From positions 1-13,263 of the forward strand of contig JBGSTX010000353.1 in the NCBI GenBank assembly GCA_041736305.1: a stretch of 13,263 nucleotides of DNA. The letters are read 5' to 3'. Within the stretch, counting starts at the first letter, position 1; every line of letters starts with the position of its first letter. The translations under genes and the position numbers were made by a program. This document shows positions 7,460 through 13,263 of this stretch, piece by piece. This DNA is from Oligoflexus sp. GTDB lineage: Bacteria; Bdellovibrionota_B; Oligoflexia; Oligoflexales; Oligoflexaceae. The notes under the pieces were generated by a model, which ran no database searches, was not told the origin of the DNA, and saw only the letters and a program-made list of their open reading frames with translations.

Positions 7460-7570
7460 GTCTCCGAATCCACGATGAGACGTCGAATTCGAGAAGGTAA
7501 AGTAAAATTCCAGAAACTCAGCGGAAAGGACTATAGGTTTAACAAAGCGGATCTTCTAAAAATGGCCTAA
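7460..7570 (+). pseudogene. 5'-truncated excisionase-like / HTH_17 DNA-binding gene fragment
   Basis: [36 protein letters not shown] fits the HTH_17/Xis pattern (VSxxTxRRxIxxGKL...xRF...DL). The first helix and the start are replaced by the trpB fragment. Confidence 0.7.
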
Positions 7571-7765
7571 TCAATCTTTGTCCGAGTCGGGGAGTAGGAA
7601 ATCAAAAGCATCTTACCTTGAATTTTTCACCCCTCGTGTGCGTGACCCATCTCGGTTTCAAGGCAAACTTATCGCGCTTTAGGACTTCAAGACTCTTCTC
7701 GCTGCTCGCCTATGGCCACCAAGGCGTTTAACTTTCCTCTTTTTCTTAATTATTTTCGTTGAGAC

Positions 7766-7819
7766 AATGTTTCGCACGCGCTGGCCAGCTCGCTCACCGA
7801 AGGCTATTCGCTGGGCTAC
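7766..7819 (-). pseudogene. Short ISCR/IS91-family transposase fragment
   Basis: VAQRIAFGERAGQRVRNI matches the conserved RIAxGxRAGxKVRxI motif of ISCR-type transposases. Confidence 0.7.
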
Positions 7820-7866
7820 TGTCGTGTCCGTTTATCCAGGTAACGTCACTCAACCATTCACAGACA

Positions 7867-8187
7867 TCAACGCATGACGTTGCCACCCAGTTGGTCGAGG
7901 ACGGCAAGGCTATTATCTACATCAGTGATCAACTCATAAGAAGTCATCGTTTCACCAAAATACTTGTTCGCAGGATTCTCCACGATGCTGTTCACATTGG
8001 GACTTAGAAAAATGCTGATCGCCACACTCAGGAGCACGAGTGCCACACAGCAAAAGACAAGTAGAGGCTGCGGCCGCTCTTTAGCGCGCCTGAAGCGGAG
8101 CATGATTTGTTCAAATTCATCATGTGGCGCCTCTGGAGCAGGAACCCAAGCGGAACGGATACGGCTCTTAAGTTCTTCAGGAAGCAT
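7867..8187 (-). CDS. Putative single-pass membrane anti-sigma factor, 106 aa
   Basis: ATG 8187 with an AAGGGG RBS overlaps the end of the sigma gene. Short cytoplasmic N-domain, one TM helix (LLVFCCVALVLLSVAISIFL) and a small acidic extracytoplasmic tail. Confidence 0.75.
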   Translation of the reverse strand: MLPEELKSRIRSAWVPAPEAPHDEFEQIMLRFRRAKERPQPLLVFCCVALVLLSVAISIFLSPNVNSIVENPANKYFGETMTSYELITDVDNSLAVLDQLGGNVMR

Positions 8188-8698
8188 GACTTTTCCCCTT
8201 CTCGATGAGGTTCTCAAGTTTACTGCGAGCTTGATGAAGTCGTGACTTCACCGTACCGAGCGGTATGTTTAATGTCTCTGCAATATCCTGCAGTTCCCAA
8301 TCTTCAACGCAAAATAAGATAACAACCTCCCGCAGTTTGGGACTCAGACCAGCGATAGCTTGTTGTATCTCTTCTTGTTCGGAAAGCGCAGCCACAAGAT
8401 CTCCTGTCCCTGCTACCTGTTCTTCCTCGCCGTTAAAGAATTCGAGCCAGCTGCTTCGCTTCCGCTTTCTGTGATAATCGCGCGCTGTATTCAGGGCGAT
8501 GCTGAAGATCCAGGTACGCAATGCACTCTTGCCACCGAATTCCTTGTGCGATCCGAACACCTTAATAAATGTTTCCTGCACCACATCATCCAACTCGTCC
8601 TGAATACCCATGCGAAACAGAAAATTCCTCACGGCACACGCATGCTCATCGTAGATGAGGCGGAAATCTTCAGTTTTGGGAGGAGCGGTCTTAAACAT
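8177..8698 (-). CDS. ECF (sigma-70 group 4) RNA polymerase sigma factor
   Basis: Region 2: DDVVQETFIKV..F.GKSALRTWIFSIALN. Region 4: LSPKLREVVIL...DIAETLNIPLGTVKSRLHQAR. Confidence 0.95.
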   Translation of the reverse strand: MFKTAPPKTEDFRLIYDEHACAVRNFLFRMGIQDELDDVVQETFIKVFGSHKEFGGKSALRTWIFSIALNTARDYHRKRKRSSWLEFFNGEEEQVAGTGDLVAALSEQEEIQQAIAGLSPKLREVVILFCVEDWELQDIAETLNIPLGTVKSRLHQARSKLENLIEKGKSHAS

Positions 8699-8706
8699 GA
8701 GTATCC

Positions 8707-9273
8707 TTAGAATGGAGGTGGACCGTCGCGTTCAGGTGAAAACCGTCTACCCCCGGGGAACGGCCGACCCTCCTTATCGCGCGGTGGACCACCGCGATCA
8801 TAAAAATAGCCGTCAAACATGCCTCGCCCAATGCCTCCACCCCGACGAGGATGGCGGCCTTTCGGCCGTTTTTCAGCCAGTTTCTTAATTTGATCGGGCG
8901 AAAGCAGTCTGTGGATCGCGATCATGGATTCGAAGTGATCGGCCTCAAACTTGACTTTGAATTCACTCATGGCCTTAAACTTTTCGCGCAGTAATCTTTG
9001 ATCCTGACTCGAATCCAGGGCAGACTCGAACTCTGCACGCGCTTTCGCGAGCTCCTTTCTGTTCCCCCGCATCAAATCTTTCTGCTGCTCACGAATCGCT
9101 TGGATCTGGACCTTCTGATCAGCAGTGAGACCAATATCATCGAATAGGGTCTCGGGGCTTGGGGGACCTCGGTGACTGCCCCAGAAGGGGATCCCGAAGC
9201 GCCATACGCTCCCTGCCCAGCCTAAAGCATAACCAAAACTGATAAAGACTAGTATTTTTAGCGTCTGACGCAT
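8707..9273 (-). CDS. Spy/CpxP/ZraP-like periplasmic helical sensor or chaperone
   Basis: ATG 9273 with GGAGG 9 nt upstream. N-terminal signal or anchor, two LTxxQ motifs (GLTADQK, LLSPDQ) flanking long helices, and a Gly/Arg/Pro-rich tail. First gene of the ECF operon. Confidence 0.85.
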   Translation of the reverse strand: MRQTLKILVFISFGYALGWAGSVWRFGIPFWGSHRGPPSPETLFDDIGLTADQKVQIQAIREQQKDLMRGNRKELAKARAEFESALDSSQDQRLLREKFKAMSEFKVKFEADHFESMIAIHRLLSPDQIKKLAEKRPKGRHPRRGGGIGRGMFDGYFYDRGGPPRDKEGRPFPGGRRFSPERDGPPPF

Positions 9274-9313
9274 TCGCAAAAACCTCCAGAGATCAGAGAA
9301 GTCTCCTACAAGT

Positions 9314-9340
9314 GAGACGCGGGCAGGGTCTGAAAAGTTC
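9314..9340 (-). promoter_or_regulatory. ECF-type promoter for the spy-sigma-antisigma operon
   Basis: Minus strand reads GAACTT-ttcagaccctgcccg-CGTCTC: -35 GAACTT, 15 nt, then CGTC, about 40 nt before the start codon. Confidence 0.75.
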
Positions 9341-9412
9341 TATTTGTTCAGAGAAATTTGCTTGCAGCTAAGGCTATGATTTCATAGTCACGTCTTTTTT
9401 TCCAGGTTCATC

Positions 9413-9439
9413 GAACTTTTCCAATTCAGACGACGTCAA
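9413..9439 (+). promoter_or_regulatory. ECF-type promoter facing the cytochrome c genes
   Basis: GAACTT-ttccaattcagacga-CGTCAA has the same GAACTTTTC and CGTC, with identical spacing, as the divergent promoter. Confidence 0.72.
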
Positions 9440-9613
9440 ACTGGTTAAGGTGAGCAGATGTCTGAACCTCGTTTGAATTGGTTCGCGCAGTAAGGCTTCG
9501 GTTTTATACTTCAGGAATTTCCACTTCAAGTGGACCTTTCTGCAGTCCTGCACTCACAAACAAACATCCGACCTCAATTTCGAGGCGGCTTAGCAAAAAG
9601 GTGAGGGTTTGAT

Positions 9614-10462
9614 ATGAATGCTGCTACGAAGAAGTACTTGTTGGTTCTAGGGCTCGGTATACCACTCCTCCATGGATGTCAGCAATCGAAGCAAGTGGCA
9701 GCCAACGCTCAAGCGACAGCCACTCCATCAGACAGCAACGCAAGCGCTGGGGGCAATGACGCCTATTATACTGGCTACGATGGCAACACAGATTTCAGCA
9801 TACTTCTCCCGCGCTTTCGATCTATCGTCGTAAAGGATCCATCCATCGCCAAAATTGAAGCCGTTACGGTGACTCTCTCCGCGACTATCATTGACCAGCT
9901 TGTGCTTGAAGCCAAAGCTGCAAATTCAGCCTTCGAGGAGACTCGCTTTCGCGAGAAGCTCGGGAAGCAGCAGACAACTTATAGAATCACACCTCTCAAA
10001 GCAGGGAAGACCGTTCTCGTCACTTCTGGTGGCCGCGGCGGGGCACCTGGAAAAAGCCAAAGCGGCTTCAGCAAATCGGTAGATATCGATCTCATCGTTT
10101 CCCCTTACACAATTCAGCAGCAGACGGCTGGGAAAGCACGCTATGATGCAGAAGGTTCAGGGACCTTGACTTCCTGTAAATCCTGCCACGAAACGGGCGA
10201 AGAGAATGCACCACCTCACGAGTTAGGGCGCATTATGGAGATCTCTGATAGCGAAGCGCTCTCTTGGGTTAAGACGGGGGAGATCGGATCGCGCAGCGCG
10301 CGCATCCCCCACGCTTGGGAATTCAGCAGCGATGAAGAAGAAAGTGGGATCGTTCCCTATCTGCGCAGCAAGCAGACCCATGACGTCGAAACTCTGACCA
10401 AACTCGTCGTGGAAGAGCAGCTGGCGAACGGAGGATTCATGGGGCCTCCCGTTAAAAAATAG
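9614..10462 (+). CDS. Lipoprotein with a C-terminal monoheme c-type cytochrome domain
   Basis: GAGGG RBS; lipobox LHGC; beta-rich Ig-like middle (VKDPSIAKI..YRITPLKAGKTVL); one CxxCH (CKSCH); candidate distal His in PPHE or IPHAW. Confidence 0.8.
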   Translation: MNAATKKYLLVLGLGIPLLHGCQQSKQVAANAQATATPSDSNASAGGNDAYYTGYDGNTDFSILLPRFRSIVVKDPSIAKIEAVTVTLSATIIDQLVLEAKAANSAFEETRFREKLGKQQTTYRITPLKAGKTVLVTSGGRGGAPGKSQSGFSKSVDIDLIVSPYTIQQQTAGKARYDAEGSGTLTSCKSCHETGEENAPPHELGRIMEISDSEALSWVKTGEIGSRSARIPHAWEFSSDEEESGIVPYLRSKQTHDVETLTKLVVEEQLANGGFMGPPVKK

Positions 10463-10472
10463 AGTAGTGAAC

Positions 10473-10498
10473 GCGGGGCGCCTATTATGGTGCCTCGT
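10473..10498 (+). other. Intercistronic GC-rich hairpin with no U-tract
   Basis: GCGGGGCGCC-tattat-GGTGCCTCGT forms a 10-bp stem with G:U pairs between the two cytochrome genes. Confidence 0.4.
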
Positions 10499-10531
10499 TC
10501 CTTCATCCAACTACGAAGGACTTGAACCATA

Positions 10532-11491
10532 ATGAGCTGTCGCCTTATCCTCAGTCTTACTCTGCTGCTTACTCTGCAACTGGGTGCATGTAAAGATAAA
10601 GATGGTGAGCAACGCTCGCTATTGCAGGATGCCTTTGCTAAGGATTTTCCGCCCTCGCTCGCCGCATCTACACTTTTTATCGGCAATGATCCGGCCCGTC
10701 CTAATCCCGAATTGTTGACTTACGATCCTCGTCTCCCGCTCTGGTCCGATGGAGCCAGCAAGAGCCGCTTTCTTTATCTGCCACCTGGGACGCAGATCGA
10801 GAGTGATGAGGATCTTAGTCAGTTTAAATTTCCCATAGGAACATTGTTCATCAAGCACTTCACTGACCCCCAAAGTACGCTACCTGTGGAAACACGCATC
10901 ATGATCCGGCGCTTAGACGCAGGTTGGAGCTTTGCGACTTATACATGGGCAGCGGACGGCACGTCCACGCGCAGTACTCGACCTCATGAGGAGGTGGTCG
11001 GAGGTTTGCGCTATCGCATTCCTTCAGAAAAGGAGTGCGAACAGTGTCATAGTCGCGGCGAAGAGGTTCTGGGCTTCACTGCATGGCAACTCTTATCAGG
11101 AGGACTGCTCAACACGCTTGCCCGCGGCAATCGCATTCTACCCGAGGCAGCAGTGCGCGCCGCCAGCCAGGAAGTAGGAGTTTCTAAGGCAGAGGTTAAA
11201 GAAGACCGGGTGGCATTCGCGCTCCGCTACCTGGATGTCAACTGTGGAAGCTGTCACCAGCCTCAAGGTCCAAGCAAGGCAAGAGATTTTGATTTGCGCT
11301 GGGGGCAGCAAACCCGCGCAGGCTTGATCGCTAGTGGCAAGATGGTTGAAGGCTCGCTGGAAAATTCTGCTATCTGGAAGCGTTTTATAGCAGAAAGCGA
11401 GCGAATGCCTCAGCTCAGCCTACGGCAAGATCCTCAGGGTCTCGAGCTCATCAAAGACCTGATCCAGGGTGAGGATACTTCTCAGGATTGA
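10532..11491 (+). CDS. SO2930-like diheme c-type cytochrome lipoprotein
   Basis: Lipobox LGAC; family motifs PLWSDGASKSRFLYLPPG, FPIGTLFIKHF, ETRIM and WSFATYTW; two CxxCH (CEQCH, CGSCH); RMP distal Met. Confidence 0.85.
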   Translation: MSCRLILSLTLLLTLQLGACKDKDGEQRSLLQDAFAKDFPPSLAASTLFIGNDPARPNPELLTYDPRLPLWSDGASKSRFLYLPPGTQIESDEDLSQFKFPIGTLFIKHFTDPQSTLPVETRIMIRRLDAGWSFATYTWAADGTSTRSTRPHEEVVGGLRYRIPSEKECEQCHSRGEEVLGFTAWQLLSGGLLNTLARGNRILPEAAVRAASQEVGVSKAEVKEDRVAFALRYLDVNCGSCHQPQGPSKARDFDLRWGQQTRAGLIASGKMVEGSLENSAIWKRFIAESERMPQLSLRQDPQGLELIKDLIQGEDTSQD

Positions 11492-11508
11492 AGAGATACT
11501 ATTTTATC

Positions 11509-12030
11509 TTAGCCCTGTCAGGTTTTAGTTTGCATGCAGCGCGCCGAGTGGGGAGTGAAGACCGGCGGAATTTGAGTCAGTTGATCAACTATATGGCCCG
11601 CCCTCCTATTACCGAGATCGCTTGGAGAGAACTGCCACTGGCGATATCCTTTATAAGCTTAAAACGTCTTGGAATGATGGCACCATTGGCATTCAATTAA
11701 GCCCGTCAGAGCTGATTGAAAAACTGATCGCTCTGATACCTCCCCGGCGCAGCCCTCTCGTATGCTAAGGTGGAGTGTTCGCCCCGAACTTCAAACGTCG
11801 TGATGAAATAATCCTGGTCCCGGGCAAGCGTAAACGCAAGATCTCACTGAGGCCAGAGGGCACTGAAAAATCCGAAAAAAGCAAAGTAAGCTCTGGCTGC
11901 TGGGCGAGGCTCTTAAAACGAGTCTTCGCCATCGATGTTTCACGGTGTCCCCGTTGCCGCAGTGAACTGGAAATCATTGCGGCGGTATTGGATCCCATAA
12001 GTTCGCCCGAACGGCCCAAGTCGTTCGATC
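11509..12030 (+). mobile_element. ISCR/IS91-family transposase pseudogene, C-terminal half
   Basis: LALSGFSLHAARRV..DRRNLSQLINYMARPPIT, a 1-nt deletion near 11615, then DRLERTATGDILYKLKTSWNDGT..LSPSELIEKLIALIPP, TAA at 11766-11768, then GGVFAPNFKRR...WARLLKRVFAIDVSRCPRCRSELEIIA. It has a single catalytic Tyr (ISCR type). The N-terminus and HUH motif are missing. Confidence 0.92.
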
Positions 12031-12064
12031 CAGACTCTATCTGTTCACCCCGAGGTCGACCCTG

Positions 12065-12949
12065 TCACATACCCAGAACCGCGTAGAGGCCCAGCATCTC
12101 ATGCTGATAATCGGGGTTCACAATGGACTTTCCCCAATTTGTGACAGCTGATCCCCGGTATTTCTCGTACTGCAGCCCGATACCGAACATCTCATAGCGG
12201 TACTCGGCTGCGGCATTGATGAAGATATCCAAAGGAATTTTCTGACCCTGACGGTCACCGACATGACGAACGAGAGTAATAGGATCTAAGCCATACTCGG
12301 CAAGAGCCTGAAAGCCTAAGGGCAGAAAGAAGGTCATGCGATAGGAAAGAGGAAGATAGAGGTAACCCACGTTCTTATATTTGTCTGACTCATCGGATGC
12401 TTTCAGATCATTCACACGGATACCCCCCCAGCGTCCTCCAAAAACGATGTCGTAGCGGGTGGTAAACCAATCGTTCCCGAAGATGATATCGCCGGACACG
12501 GGAGCTATCATTGCGATTTCCGCATAGGTCACCATCCCGTCCTTGTTTCTGTCGGTGTCGAGGGTTTCCATGGAGAATGCATTTTTCGTCGAGCCCAGTC
12601 TGAGGCTATAGATCTTAGCATCCCCGCCCTGGGCCTGGGCTCGTTCGTAGGTGTAGGAAAGAGTCTTGGGTCCACCCAGGGATTCGCCCTTTTGAATCTT
12701 CTGCCGTTCCTCGTTGATCGCGCCCGCTTCCGCCGAGATACGATTGCCGGCCGTTTGCAGCCCTGCGCTCAGTTCGCCGCTGGCATCGCTGAGCGAGAAT
12801 TCATGGACTTTCACGGTGGCATCTTTGGTGCGGACGCCCGTGTAGTAGGCGAAGTCGGACTTGAGTTCTGAATACCAGTACTTGATACCACTCTCCGCAC
12901 GGGCGAGATTAGGCAAAAGGATGGCGAAGACGAGCAAGGATCGTTTCAT
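12065..12949 (-). CDS. Secreted hypothetical protein, probable outer-membrane beta-barrel
   Basis: Sec signal peptide (MKRSLLVFAILLPNLARA). Many amphipathic aromatic/Gly strands (AAAEYRYEMFGIGLQYEKY) and a terminal strand LGLYAVLGM. Confidence 0.65.
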   Translation of the reverse strand: MKRSLLVFAILLPNLARAESGIKYWYSELKSDFAYYTGVRTKDATVKVHEFSLSDASGELSAGLQTAGNRISAEAGAINEERQKIQKGESLGGPKTLSYTYERAQAQGGDAKIYSLRLGSTKNAFSMETLDTDRNKDGMVTYAEIAMIAPVSGDIIFGNDWFTTRYDIVFGGRWGGIRVNDLKASDESDKYKNVGYLYLPLSYRMTFFLPLGFQALAEYGLDPITLVRHVGDRQGQKIPLDIFINAAAEYRYEMFGIGLQYEKYRGSAVTNWGKSIVNPDYQHEMLGLYAVLGM

Positions 12950-13065
12950 AGGAGTCCTCAGATCTGATTATCGGTATGATATCGCGAATGGGCTCCCAGG
13001 GAAACTTTTTGCATATTATTACGGCTAAGCCATAGGCGTTCTCGACCAGATCACCCGACTAACGC

Positions 13066-13263
13066 AAAATCTCGAGAGCTGCGATCTACAAATCACCCAG
13101 GATAATCAACATGGCTTTCTAACGAAAGGCCGATGACGAGATCTATTTGCCTGTGATCCGGCAAGTTATCGAGAAGAGACCAACGTATGGCTATAAGCGC
13201 GTAACGGCTCTCGTCAACCGTATTCTCCGAGGCACTTATAGAGCAGAAATAAATCGAAAACGT
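13066..13263 (+). mobile_element. IS3-family (IS2-like) OrfB transposase pseudogene, running off the window
   Basis: KISRAAIYKSPRIINMAF*RKADDEIYLPVIRQVIEKRPTYGYKRVTALVNRILRG....INRKR contains the HTH_21 motif PTYGYxRVTA..NxKR. There is an in-frame TAA at 13120-13122 and no recognisable OrfA. Confidence 0.85.

Noticed and set aside
3084-7819. The three minus-strand relics (RIAFGERAG, then GFSLHAARRV, then YMPRGPLS) are in correct gene order, suggesting one transposase split by two insertions
   Set aside because: The YMPRGPLS piece is attached to its own N-terminal segment (3156-3290), and the 5640 piece matches the RPPI-type copy at 11509. Independent relics explain this more simply.
10213-10230. 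PPHELGR in the monoheme protein as a zincin motif
   Set aside because: The second His of HExxH is absent.
11488-12086. ORFs 11488-11700 and 11775-12086 as separate small genes
   Set aside because: They are pieces of one transposase pseudogene broken by a frameshift and a stop.
1-13263. tRNA, rRNA, CRISPR arrays and integron attC sites
   Set aside because: None were recognised by eye. The spacers are transposase debris rather than a repeated recombination site; a covariance-model search was not possible.

Overview
Bacterial accessory region of about 50% GC. The lipoprotein and cytochrome content is reminiscent of Oligoflexia/Bdellovibrionota or myxobacteria-like lineages (inference only). 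In order it holds: a metzincin Zn-metalloprotease running off the left edge (not in the ORF track); an orphan in-frame fusion of a phosphorylatable NtrX/NtrC-type receiver domain to an LpxC deacetylase that keeps its Zn and catalytic residues (top finding); a divergent patatin-like lipoprotein; a small lipoprotein with a possibly lost start codon; an AAA_14/DUF4143 ATPase-nuclease preceded by a strong operator-like dyad and repeat; a Spy/CpxP - ECF sigma - anti-sigma operon transcribed divergently from two c-type cytochrome lipoprotein genes, with matching GAACTTTTC...CGTC ECF promoters in both directions; and a secreted, probably outer-membrane protein. Most longer gaps between gene blocks contain gene debris: at least four relics of ISCR/IS91-type rolling-circle transposases, a frameshifted trpB fragment abutting an excisionase-like HTH fragment, and an IS3 relic at the right edge.
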